Source: Nymphaea colorata (taxonomy: Eukaryota). Taken from it: a DNA stretch of 64,000 bases. The stretch is from the NCBI RefSeq assembly GCF_008831285.2, contig NC_045138.2, forward strand, positions 22,382,001 to 22,446,000. Reading direction: 5' to 3'. Under the pieces are notes generated by a model. The model made no database searches, had not been told where the DNA came from, and saw only the letters and a program-made list of their open reading frames with translations. Below are positions 1 to 12,773 of the stretch, piece after piece (position 1 is the stretch's first letter; each line of letters starts with the position of its first letter). The position numbers were made by a program, and so were the translations under genes.

Positions 1-366
1 TATCATCTCCTCCACTCGTTACACTGTGCTGCCCAACAGAGCCAAGATGCCCTTTCTTGGGCGAACCTGCTTCAATCCCCTCCATAGCTGCTGTAGTGTC
101 GCGCTCAGGTCTCTCATCCCCAACATCATCCTCTGTCACCTACCGCCCCTGATTTTGGCTGAACGATGAAACATACCTCTCTCGCTGAAGACCCTACTTC
201 ACTTGATGTGCTCCAAGATGGGGAAAGGCAGAAACATCCTCCAGATCCATCGCTTCTGCTCACCCCCCCCCCGACAGGAGCCGGGGGCCGACCACATAAG
301 CGAAACCCAAACCCCACTCTCTCCCCTTGCTCTACGCCTTGTTCATCCTTATGCTCTGTTCTTGAA

Positions 367-378
367 TGGTATCAAAGC
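367..378 (+). promoter_or_regulatory. Primer binding site complementary to initiator tRNA-Met 3' end
   Basis: tggtatcaaagc versus canonical copia PBS tggtatcagagc, directly upstream of gag. Confidence 0.75.
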
Positions 379-852
379 ATTGACCCATTTACATGTCATA
401 AAAAGCAATTGCTAACTTGATCAGGCTTCTGGTGAGTGGTTGATCATTCTCTACATTTGTTTCTTGAAAGATTCACAGAAACAGTTATACATGTGCCTGT
501 GGTTCTTTCAACTTGATCTAAGAAATTTGTGAGTTATTTTATTCTGTTTTATCATGGTAACTATTGTTGATGCATTTCCATATCAAAATCCTCCAAATTG
601 CTCATCGTTGAAGAAACTGAAAGTGTGCCAAACTTAGTAAATTCATATCCCCTCACTAGAGAAAATTATATAACATGGAGTATATCAACGAACATGGCCT
701 TAACTTCAAAGAACAAATGCGGATTTATAAAAGGATCAATTGTTTTACCTGGTCCTACTGCATCGGAGCACGACATATATTTTGGTGGAGGTGTAAAAAA
801 GTGGTGCTTTCATAGAGAATTAACTCATGAGTGAGAAATTGTTTATGGTGTT

Positions 853-2749
853 TGTAATCACCCCAAATTTTTTCAAAATTTTTGAAGATCCGAACTAGAT
901 CCAAGTTCAGATCCAAATCGAACATTTCAGGTCCAAAATTCGAATCGCATTCGAAACGACAAAATTTGGGCATCGCGCATACAAAGACCTTCCCTTTGTT
1001 TTAAAAAAAACTCATTTCTCACGCCGAAATGAGTTTTACACCCAAGTCGCACGTTCGAACGAGTCCACAACCATTTAAACCAAAATCGAATTTGGAGCGA
1101 GTTCAGAGTCGCTCAAAATGGAGTCGATCGCCTATTTTTCTTTAACATTGAACTCTTTTTTTTACATATTTTCAATAAAACTGAACGTTAAAAAAAACGT
1201 AAGTATTATTCAATTATATTTAAAAAATAATACTTACGTTTTTGCGTGTCCCGTGAAGCGCAATCGCGCGACACACAGTCGCGCGACCGGCTCTACGTTC
1301 GCAATAGCGCCCGACGCTGTTGCGTCCAGGCGCTGTCGTCTTCCCCTTTCCCCCTTCCTTTTTGATGAAAAACTGCCTTTTAGGAGGCGGTTTTGGTCTT
1401 TTTGATTGGGCAAAGGCTGAGCTCACTTCTGAAAATGTTTTTACTTATTTTTCAAAATAATTCAAAATTATGTGAAATTCAAATAAAAATGTTATAAAAT
1501 TCAAAAAAAATCAAAATTTAGGATTTGACTCCAAAATCCTTTATAAATACCCCCATAATCCCCCCCCCCCTCTCTTGCGTATGAGTGGCTTTTGGGAGAA
1601 ACCCTAATAATCTATATTATTATCACTTGAAGACTTAGGGTTTCTCTTGAGCTCTCTCTCTCTCTCTCTTCTTCTTTCCATTTCTCATCTTCCTCTCCAA
1701 TTTGGAGCTACAACTCTCTTGGAGACATCCTCTTCATTATCTTGGAGATTCTTTCAAGGTAAGTCCAAGATCATTTTAAGCATTGTTGTTCATTTTCTTA
1801 AGTCATTTCTCATTAGAGGTATGTAATTATCATCCTTCTCATTTCTCTCTTATTTTCTTTTTTTCTCATCTTCATCTTTCCATGATCAAAGAAGATAGTA
1901 CTCAATCTCTTTTTAGAGACAAGAGGCTATACTTAGGTGTACCAAGAACATGGAAAGATGAGATGATATTTCATTTCATGATTTAATCATGTTTCCTCTT
2001 TATTGAATATAGTATTGTTTTTTTCTTCATTTTTCTCTCATATTCATTTCCTCATGGCCAAAGGAGGTAGCACTCAACCTCTTTTTAGAGACAAGAAGCT
2101 ACGCTCAAGTGCACCAGAAGCATATAAAGATGAAATAATCTTTCATTTCATCAATAAATCATGTTTTCTCTTTATTGAATATAGGATTGTTTCTTTCTTC
2201 ATTTTTTTCTCATCTTCATCTCCCCATGGCCAAAGGAAATAGCACTCAACCTCTTGTTAGAGACAAGAGGCTATGCTCAAGTGCACCGGGAGCATGGAAA
2301 GATGAGTGATCTTTCATTTCTTGATTAAATCATGTTTTCTCTTTATTGAATATAGAATTGTTTCTTTCTTCATTGTTCTCTCATCTTCATCTCCCAATGG
2401 CTAAAAGAGATAGCACTCAACATCTTTTTAGAGACAAGAGGCTATGCTCAAGTGCACCAGGAGAATGGAAAGATAAGATGATTTTTCATTTCATGAATAA
2501 ATCATGTTTTCTCTTTATTAAATATAGCATTATTTCTTTCTTAATTTTTCTCTCATCTTCATCTCCCCATAGAGAAAGGAGATAGCACTAAAACCTCTTT
2601 TTTAAAAGCAAATACCCTCTCTAATGTGGCTTTGGAGATTTAGCTTAGGCTCTTGCATGAGTCCAACTCCTTTCCTGCCTACATCAAACTTGAAGTCAGC
2701 TATTTTTCATTTCTTGATTTTTAATCTCATGAAAATATGTATGCATATA

Positions 2750-2815
<66 letters not shown>

Positions 2816-3928
2816 ACATGATGATTTTCTTCCATTTCTCTCTATCTATGTTTTCATATTTTACAAATTTTCATATATACATGAATACATGTGTATATGT
2901 GTTCTGTTTTCTATCTCTTGAATCTTTTATCTCTCTTTTCAAGACAAATATCTTTCCTTATAAATTTTCTTATACATACACATATAAGTATGTATACGTA
3001 TTTCACTTTTCCTCTAAAAATCTCTCTCCCTATTCAAATCAATATCATTTGTTACAAATTTTCATATATGTGCATATGTGATGGTATGTACATGTATATA
3101 TACATCATTTTCTATCTCTCTCTCTCTCTCTATCTCTATGGAAGTCTTTCAACTCTTCCATTATTTCAATATTTTTCTCTTGTCATTTAAGATTTTAATT
3201 TTTCATTTACTAACTTCCCTAAGACCATAACTCAAGTAATGACCCAATATTGGATTCATGCTTAATGGCCTATACTCTCAATCCATTTTCAGAAACTTTT
3301 CTTTTTTTTATACATGATATTTATCAAAACAAAAATCTTAGATGAATGTTATGGTAGGAATGCTCTTAGATGAATGTTATAGTAGGAATGAATGATTTTT
3401 CTTTCCAATCATATAGGATCAATGCATTCATGCATTCTCACGCACTTTATTTCACTTATGATCACAAGCACCTCTTCAAAAGAACTTAAGCAAAATGAGA
3501 TGGAGCTCTAACTAGATGGTAACAAAATTAGAGCAAAATTTCAAACCTACTTAATGTCTTAAGAGAACACTAAAGTATTTTCAAAATGATTTTTCAAGTT
3601 TTCCAAATGATATTCATAAGGGTTTTCCGATTTTAGTTTTTCTCAAAATGTCTCACATTCTCAAGTGATCCTTCAAGAATCTTTTCAAAAGTTTGAAACA
3701 TCAAACTTTCAATATTTTTCTATACCGCATTTAGAATAAAAAAGATGTTTAAGTTAAAATAAAATGCATCAATGATAAACATAGCCCTTGGGTTGATTGA
3801 CCCAGTAAAGGTGCCGAGAACAGTCGATCCTCGTACCGACAGGCGAGAACTTGTCTTTCCTATTTCAAAACAAAACCTCATTTTTCTAGAGCACTCCAAA
3901 ACCAACCAAAAAATTTGGGATGCAAACA
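853..3928. mobile_element. Solo LTR (~3.1 kb), Ty3/gypsy-type (Tat/Ogre-like termini), inserted in copia gag
   Basis: Starts TGTAATCACCCCAAATTTTT and ends AAAAATTTGGGATGCAAACA (imperfect ~20-bp inverted termini). Exact 5-bp TSD GTGTT at 848-852 and 3929-3933. Host gag reads through when it is removed. No coding domains inside. Confidence 0.85.
1800..2610. repeat. Tandem array of ~172-bp units (about 4.5 copies) inside the solo LTR
   Basis: Motif ctcatcttcatct...tagcactcaacctctttttagagacaagaggcta recurs at ~1865, 2037, 2209, 2380, 2552. Confidence 0.9.
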
Positions 3929-6900
3929 GTGTTTTTCATGCAACATCTGCCAAAGAGGTGTATGAGTTTATTTATGTGACTGTCTTACACAAAGCACGAC
4001 ATTAGAAAGTTTCACGTTAAATTTACTCCAAATCATCAAGCTCAAGAAACGCTATTTATTGTTGCATATATACAAATCTTACTGGAATGAGCTCACTCCT
4101 TACGAGCCTCTACCTGTGTACTTGTGGTGCCATGAAAAAGTTTGCTGAGAAATAGCAAGAAGTTAAAGTCATTGAATGTCTTATGGGATTAAATGGTATC
4201 TACAACACAATAGAAGGACAGAACTCTTGATTGATCTTTCATTGATATGAACGGTTTATTCTATCTTCCACACGGGAAAACAACAAAGGAGCTAGTCTTC
4301 TCTAGTCTTCTCTTGCAGTTAACTCAAGTTCGCATCAATATAAAGTCAAGAATCCTAGATGCCAACAACTTGTTTGTTCTTATTGTCACTTGACAGGTTA
4401 CATATGATACAAATGCTGCAAGAAGCATGGCTACTCCATTTGGTTACAAACTTGTTGGAAGAACAATGTAGAAATTAAAATGAAACTTCATCAAACTCAG
4501 TAAGGACTCTTTGAAACTCAGTTGATGCAATGATTTCTTCCAATGCAAGTCAGATTTATGTTGCTACTAATGTTGAAGCCAGGAAGGGTGTTGCTCTTAT
4601 TCTAACTATGGAGAAATATAAACAATTGATTCAGTTACTCAAAGACAAGGCCATAAACCCTCAAGTAAACTTTGTTGGTTCATTAACCTCTTTAAAGAAT
4701 GTCTAGATCATTAGCAGTAGTGCCGGTGATTACATGATATCTTATCTCTTCTTAACTGTGTTCCCAAGCTTGATATTCTTTTTGCTCTTCATTTGCGCAA
4801 TAATGGTCTAGTTCATGCCACTCATCAAGGGTGTACCAATATTTCACTTAACCTGATGTTGGACAATGTCTTATTCATTACTAACTTTAAATTCAGTCTT
4901 CTTTCTATCAGTCAATTAACTCAGCTTTCAACCACATATTAACTATTGACTCATCTGGTTATGTCATATAGAGCTACAACTCCAAAATGAAGATTGGAGT
5001 CGGTGAGCTAAGATGTGTTTATATTGACTGAAAAGTTCTTGTCTATCACCTACTAAGCAAGACTTAACTGGTTGTCATACTTTAGCTTTACTAAACTTTT
5101 CTTTGTCTACACAATCAAGAATTTATTTATGCCTCTATCAGTTCAAGCAAATTTTGACTTATGACACTAAATGTAGGGCCATTCTTCAGCTTCTGAAAAT
5201 AGATTGTTTTTAGTTTATGATCATAGCATTAAATTTTCTTAATTAATTCCTTTGAAAAATGTGCTATGTTGTGAAACAAAGCAGATTTGAGGTTAGTGTT
5301 TAATTCTAGTGAAATTTGTTTGAGTTTTTGAACTTATCCATAGAGATCTATAGGGACCATACCCGCTGGCCTTCATTATTGGAGCTCATTACTTCTTAAC
5401 TCTTGAATGTGGTTCAAGTTTCTATTTCATAAAGTTGAAGGAAAACAAATTTGACTATTGTTCCATTACTCATAAGTGATCATAATTTCAAGAAAAGAAA
5501 TGAGGAGCTTTAGCCTTGATACCACAAGAATTAATCCTATAACTTGAACATTTTCAAGAAAGCTAGAAAATACCCAACCAGGAATTGACCCCAGAGTCTG
5601 AAGCTTTTGAGGAAGCTCATCAGTCTCTAAACCAGCAAGATGATCATCCAATTCCATGGAAGCTCAACAACTTCATTGTTCAATTGAAATTCACAAGTTC
5701 TCTACTTTGCTTATGAAATTTTATTACAATATAGTCACACCAAACTCACTGTCACAATTGATAACAAGGAAAGGCTCGATAACCAGGTATCCTCTTACAA
5801 AAGTTTGTCTCTTTTAGTAGTTTTTCTCCACTCACTAAAGCATTCTTCTCAACATATTAGATCAACCAAATCCCACCTCTTTTGGTGAAGGAAATTAATA
5901 TCCTTGGTAGAGAGAAGCAATGGCAGATGAAATAAAGGCAGTGGAAGAAAATGGAACTTCGACTCTTACACTCTAACCACCAAATCTTACTCGAATTGGC
6001 TACAAGTTGAAACAAAGTACCGTGTTTTCAAAGTAAACAAGTTGTTATATAATTTGAAACAAGCACAACATAATTGGTTCCACAAGTTTTTAGTAACCCT
6101 AGAAAATGTGGTTTCAAGCAATCTAAATCTAATTATTGATCCTTTACATGGACAAAAGGAAGGGTACTTTGTGCAATACTTGTTTACATTGATGATTTAT
6201 ACTTACACGTTATAGTCAAGAACTCATAAACAAGCTCAAATGCTAACTTAATAGTGTGTTCAAGCTCAAATGCTAACTTAATAGTGCGTTTCATATGAAC
6301 GACCTCAAATGAGTTAAAATTTGTCACATAGAATTTATGATGGTCAAGCAAAGGAATATATTTATCTCAATTCAAATACTACTTGAAAATTCTTGATGAA
6401 AATCAGTTGCTTGAAAGCAAGACCAACATTGACTCTAATGGAGTAATAAAAACATATTTTAGCTTCAAATGGTGAAGAATTAAAAGATCCTTGGCCTTAC
6501 GGTTGACCAATCAACAGGTAATCTACCTAACAGTTATAAAGACTGATACGTTCTCACATAATACTTTGAGTATGTTTATTCAAAAGCCAATTACTCCCAG
6601 CTATTAGCTGCACTAGGTTTGTCTGCTACCTCAAAAACAATCCTGATCAGGTCATCATGTTTTCAGTAGAAAATCAGCTGTACTTGAAGGCTTTTTGTAA
6701 TGAGGATTGGCGCCTTTCCAAAGAGACAATCAAATTACATGATACTGTGTTTTCTTGGGATGAAAGTTAATTTCACAGGAGGTAAAAAATCAATCCACAA
6801 TCCCAAGATCATCAACTCAGGGAGAATAAAAAGCGTTAACTGACATGACTTGTGAAATAGTGGTTGAAAATGCTACTATCATATTTCAGAATTGATGATA

Positions 6901-7787
6901 TATCACCTGCAGAAATTTTTACTGGCAATAGAGCAGGGCTTCACATTGCAACTAATGAAGAAAAAAATATATTGAAATCTAAATAGCTTTGCTGTCAACC
7001 AGGAATCAATTTATAGACCCGTTTAAGAAGGCTTTCGAGAGAACTCAGTTTCTTGAATCTGAAAAACAAGTTGGGTATACAAGATTTTGTATAACACCAC
7101 CTTGAAGTGGTACGCTAACGTAGTATGAATACCTCTATAGGTCTCTAGAAGGTCCTAGATCAAGCTGGAAGTAAAAGATCATTTGGTGGGCTGGTATATG
7201 TCTATAAGGAATTTTAGACATTATGGCTATCTTAAGGTAAATATCTGCTTAAGTGATTGTGTTTTGGGATAGTACGTCATTTTATATGGAAGTCATTGGG
7301 CTTCTGTCGCAGCCTGAACAGAAGAACAGGGAGAGGGAGAGGGGAAGGCATGGAAGGCGTTGGCCTTCCGTTGGAGGGCGACCGCAGGGAAGGGAGGCCA
7401 CCGCCGGGTTCACCGTCGCCGGACGACACCGTGTGACCCATCGGTGACACCCGTAGCATGTCGGTGGCTTCCTCGCCACCACTACAGCCGCCCAATCAAG
7501 AAAAGGGGCATTTTTTGAATCGAGAAGGAGAAGGCCGGATTTCGCCAGTTAAGGTGACGGCCGGCCGTCACGGCGGGCGTCTTGGTGCGACCCGCCGGTG
7601 GCCACCCACGCTGTTGAGTGGCCTGCCGGTGGAGTTCCACCGTTCGCTTGCCGTTCGACAGGCCAACAGTGGGGCAGCAGCGTGCGAACCGCCCACGGGC
7701 AGAAGGTCTGACCCGACCCGGATCCATAAGGATTCCAAAAAAAAAGGAAATTTCCTTTTTGTCGCGCGTTTGCGTTTCAGATTTTAT

Positions 7788-8130
7788 GGATCCGGATTGG
7801 GTCGTGTCGAACCCGACCCGTAACCATACGGTTTAAAATTTTGCGGTTCGGATCCAAATCAGGTCGTGATGGACCCAACCCGTATCCATCCGGTTTAAGT
7901 ATTCAGATCTTTTGGATACGGGTCAGGTCATGTCGGACCCGACCGGTATCCAGTTGGTTTACATTTGAATTTCGGTTTCGGGTCGGGTCGCTTTGACCCG
8001 ACTCATATCCATTCAATCATTTCGGATCTCGTTTGGGTCATGTTGGACCCGACCCGTATCCATAAGGTTTGAATTTTGAAAATTTGGTTTCTCGAATCCG
8101 GGTCGGTCATTTTGGACCCGACTCGCATCC
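7788..8130. repeat. Array of six ~38-bp palindromic units with 12-33 nt AT-rich spacers
   Basis: Example 7914-7951 ggatacgggtcaggtc-atgtcg-gacccgaccggtatcc, arms 14/16 complementary. Similar units at ~7788, 7850, 7974, 8023, 8094. Confidence 0.85.
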
Positions 8131-8159
8131 ATTCGGTTTATACTTTATAAAATGGTTCC

Positions 8160-8620
8160 TTTTCTTTTAAACTGGTTCTGAAGATATTCGAACCAGTTCG
8201 TTCGGTTTCATACCGATTCGACTCGATTCAGAACCGGTTCGTGTCTTTTGGAACCGATTCGGACCATTTTCAGACCAGTTCATTTAGTTTTGGAACCGAT
8301 TCAGACCCTTTTCAGACCGGTTCAGTTGTTTTTAGACTGGTTCAGTTGAATTTCAGACCAGTTCAGTTGTTTTTCAAATCGATTCAAGTGATTTCAGACC
8401 GATTCATTCAGTTTTAGAACCGATTTTAGCCATTTTTTGACTGGTTCAGTGGGTTTCGGAACTGATACGGTCTATTTTTACCGGTTCGTCCAATTTTTAG
8501 ACCTCATCCCTATTTAGGGCCATGTGGGTGTTTTAGTTGTGGTTTAAGAACGATACGGCCTTTTTAAGGCTGATTCAGTGGTTTTTGACTCACTTAAACA
8601 CAATTTTGGTACCGGTTCAT
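8160..8620. repeat. Degenerate ~20-22 bp tandem minisatellite in the retrotransposon leader
   Basis: Recurring tttcagaccggttcagttg / gaaccgattc motif. Confidence 0.8.
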
Positions 8621-9224
8621 GAAATTTTGGACTCTTTTGGGCCTGTTTCACTGAATCATTTTCTTTTTTGGATTCAATGTAGGACACATTTTGTATGTAA
8701 TTTGGTTTATGTATAATGTTTTACATGTTATTAAAATTGTGGGTGTACTTTAGATGAATATTTGGACTATGAATTTGATCTTTGGCCATGTCTCTTGTTC
8801 TAAATGAGTAGATTTATACTTTATGTCACCAAAGTGACCTTTGTTGTATAAATTTGCATGTTTTGAATATTAGATGATAGTATACTTAATCCATGCAGGT
8901 AATGATCAACACAAATGATGATTTTTGCTTGGTTAGGTTTAAATATACAGAGCAATGAATATGTGATGATTTTCAGGTTTCCATGTGAATAGCGAGTCAA
9001 TCCAAAGATAGGTTCGTTGTTTGACAGGGTTAATTATCTATATTCATTGTTGACCAAGAATATCACTTGCAGTTAATATTTTAATCCAAAGATTGGATAT
9101 TAACGTTGCACCGGTACCTAGTGATGGGGTTTGGGTCATTGTATTTAAATTCATTTATATTTGTTGCTTCATCAATATACATGTATTGATTGTGAGCATG
9201 TTTGGTATTTTTGTTCTTTGTACA

Positions 9225-11920
9225 ATGAGTTCTGCTTCTATGATATCTGCAAATTTGAGTATTATTCTTGAGTTCAATGATTCGATTTTTAAAAGTAAGA
9301 AAAGAAAGACTATTAAGGAAGTTGCAATTGACCTATCATCCATTAAGAAACACAAGAAACATAAGGAAAGCCAATCAAGCTGCTTCTTTTGTAAGGGTGA
9401 AGGTTATATAAAGAAAGATTGTGCTAAGTTTCACACATGGCATGAAAGGAAAAGTACACTTCTCACTTTGGTTTGTTCTGAGGTTAATTTAACTTCAGTA
9501 CCCAGAAACACTTGGTGGGTACATTCAGGTGCTACTACTCACATAAGTGTGTCTATGCAAGACTGCCTAAATTGTCGAACGCTAAATGATGCTGAAAGAT
9601 TCATCTATGTGGGTGATGGCAAGAAGGCGAAAGTTGAAGCCATAACAGATTTTCGGTTATTATTAAAGATTGGTTGTTTTTTGAATTTGGCAGAAACTTA
9701 TGTGGTACCGTCTTTTAGACGAAATTTGGTTTCTATTTCCTCATTGGATGAATTCGGTTATTATTGTTTATTTGGAGGAAGTAAAATTAAGTTGTTTCTG
9801 CAGTCAAATTTGAAAGCTACTGGTTCTTTATCTGGTAACGATAACCTCTATTTGCTTGATACAGTTGCTTCATATCATGAAACCTTGCATGTTGCGTCTG
9901 GTGGTACTAAAAGAAAATTAGCTAATGAGAATTCTGCTGTGTTGTGGTATAAGCGCTTAGGACATATTTCTGAAAAGAGAAGAAAAAGGCTTATGTCGAA
10001 TGGAATTCTTGAGTCCCTTGATTTTGCAGACTTTAATGTTTGCATTGAAAGTATAAAGGGAAAACGAACAAACATTAAGGGGTTATAAGTTTTATAATCC
10101 AACTAGTAAGTCTTTTTTTGAAACAGGAAATACACATTTCTTTGAGCATATTAAGTTTGGGGGTGGTGATGAAGTTAAACGTATTGTCTTTGAAGAGAGA
10201 CGTGAGTCTACTCATACAGATGTTGAAAGCAATAGTAAGGTCTTTGTTTTTGGCGTTGTTTCATCAACATATTCAAAAGAAGATAATGATGTCGGTCTCC
10301 CTATTGAAGAACAAACTCAAGAAAATCAAGTAGATGTGCCAATAAGGAGATCCACTAGAGAGTGGAGAAATACAATTTCAAATGATTTTGTCTGTCTCCA
10401 AAAACATGATGTTGATATGAGCTTAATGGAAGATGATTCTATTAACTTTCAGCAAGCAATAAAGAGTTCTAAATCTCATAAGTGGATAGATGTCATGAAT
10501 GATGAAATAAAGTCCATGATGGATAATGACGTATGGGAAGTTGTTCCCTTGCCTGAAGGTGTGAAACTCATTGGTTGCAAATGAATATTTAAAACCAAGA
10601 GGGATTCATTAGGTAACATCGAAAGGTATAAGGCACGTCTTGTCGCAAAGGGCTTTACTCAAAAGGAAAACATTGATTATACAGAGACTTTTTCTTCAGT
10701 TTCGTCGAAAGACTCTTTCAAAACTATAATGGCACTTGTAGCTCATTTTGATTTAGAGCTGCATCAGATGGATGTAAAGACAATGTTTCTAAATAAAGAC
10801 ATTGATGAAACGATATATATAGTGCAACCATAAAACTTTGTTTCAGGGGATGCAAAGAAAATGGTCTACAAACTCAAGAAATCTATTTATGGGCTAAAGT
10901 AAGCTTCCCGTCAGTGGTATTACAAATTTCATCAAGTTATTGTTTCATTTGGTTTCGAAAGTAATATGGTTGATGAATGTGTATACTAAAAGTTCAGTAG
11001 GGGCAAATTTATCTTTCTGGTTTTATATGTCGTTGATATATTGCTGGCAAGTAATGATGTGGTCATATTGCATAAAACTAAGAAATTTTTGTCAACAAAA
11101 TTTGACATGAAGGATCTTAGTGATGCATCTTTTGTATTGGGGATCTAGATATTTCGAAATCGTTCTCAGGGTATTCATGGATTATCACAAAAGGTCTACA
11201 TTGATAAGGTGCTTCAACGATACAGCATGAAAGATTGTAAATTAGGAGATACTCCAGTTGCTAGAGGAGACAAGTTTAATCTCCAACAGTGTCCTAAAAG
11301 TGAAATCGAATTTAAGGAAATGGAAAGGATTCTCTATTCGTTTGCTGTGAGAAGCCTTATATTTGCTCAGGTTTGTACTCATCCGGATATTGTATTTATC
11401 GTTGGAATGTTAGGCAGACACTTAAGTGATCCTGGTATGAATAATTGGAAAGTAGCCAAAAGGGTATTGAGGGACTTACAAAGAACAAAAGGTTTTATGC
11501 TCACATACAAAAAGTCAGACCAGTTGGAGATCATTGGGTATTCAAATTTTGACTTTGCTGAGTGCCAATAAAATAGAATAGCATGTTACGAGGCATCCAA
11601 TCATGTTTTGTGGTTGCGAAAATTTTGTCACTGGGCTGCGCATTGTGAATGATGTAGAAAGACTACTAAGGTTATTGTGTGACAATAATTCAGCAATCAT
11701 GTACTCTAATAATAGCCACAGTTTGTCAAAGTCGAAGCACATCGACATTAAGCTTTTTTGGGCTATTAAAGAGATGATACAGAATGGTCATATGTCTTTA
11801 GAGCATATTGAGACAAACTCTATGATTGTGGATCCGTTTACCAAGGGTTTAACACTTAAGGTCTTTCACAAACATATTGTTCATATGGGGATTTTATCTT
11901 TGGATGATGTGCTGGTTTAA
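9225..11920 (+). pseudogene. Disrupted gag-pol of the Bianca-like element
   Basis: ORF pieces 9093-10088, 10336-10584, 11209-11571, 11603-11920 carry copia motifs separated by stops and internal deletions. Confidence 0.88.
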
Positions 11921-12310
11921 TAGGAGTTTGTATTTTGTTTGCTCTTATGTATGGACACATATTTTCTGTAGAATAAAGTTTAAAGTTCTTTGGTTTCATT
12001 CTGTGTTTGTGTTTTTGGTCTCCATAAGGTTTTAAAGTTGAACCAGTTGAGAATAGACATGTCGTAATCACATTACATGTAATTCTCATGTTATACATCC
12101 ATATCGAATCTATGTCATTGATTGTGTTAACATTCGTGATTATTGAAGGTTTAGCTAATTTTATTATAGCGAAAGCTGCTTTGGTTCTGTATTGATATGA
12201 TCATGGACGAGATTGGTGAAAATGACGTTTAATAAGATAGCAGTTATGAGCTCCTAAGGTTTTATGTAATGTTTGACTGTATAAAGACATATTAGGCCCA
12301 AGTGGGAGAT

Positions 12311-12773
12311 TGTAAGATCATTTGGTGGGTCGGTATATGTCTATAAAAAATTTCAAACATTATGGCTATCTTAAGGTAAATATCTGCTTAAGTGATTGCA
12401 TTTTGTGATATTACGTCATTTTATATGGTATGGGGTGATTTTGAAATGTATAGATACCTGTACGTAATTACAGACTCTTTGATGGGTTGAATCATTAATT
12501 GCCCTTAATATAAAATGGTAGTGGTCTTTGGGGTCGTGCGAATGGTTGCTTGAAACGTTGGTTTCTAGGGTTGTCTCTTTCCCATCTGAGAGAGACCTCA
12601 CCTGCGCCGCAAAGACTCTGGAAGTTCCTACTGCGATCTACCGTCCATTTCTTCAGATGGATTCAAGTACACTTCTGCCACAGTTAAGTTTTTTATTTCA
12701 ATGATTTTAGCATGAACATGATCTTGTTTAGGGCATATTGTTTGTGTATATGCAAGAGGGAAATCTCCCATCA
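12311..12773 (+). repeat. 3' LTR of the Bianca-like element
   Basis: TGTAAG...CATCA, preceded by a polypurine tract; first ~118 bp duplicated at 7172. Confidence 0.8.

Larger units (their letters stand above)
7172..12773 (+). mobile_element. Degenerate Ty1/copia retrotransposon, Bianca-like, nested in the 3' LTR region of the first copia
   Basis: 5' LTR remnant 7172-~7289 matches the start of the 3' LTR 12311-12773 (TG...CA). PPT ggcccaagtgggagat precedes 12311. TSD ggaag/gaaag (4/5). Zinc knuckle CFFCKGEGYIKKDC, protease region VCSEVNLTSVPRNTWWVHSGATTHISVS, GAG-pre-integrase LWYKRLGHIS, RT and RNaseH (SKHIDIK) motifs with stops. Confidence 0.9.

Noticed and set aside
2624..3190. IYIYIY-rich ORFs
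   Set aside because: Translations of (TA)n microsatellites inside an LTR
7788..8130. CRISPR-like repeat-spacer appearance
   Set aside because: Repeats are divergent, spacers are uneven and related to each other, there are no cas genes, and the context is a plant retrotransposon leader
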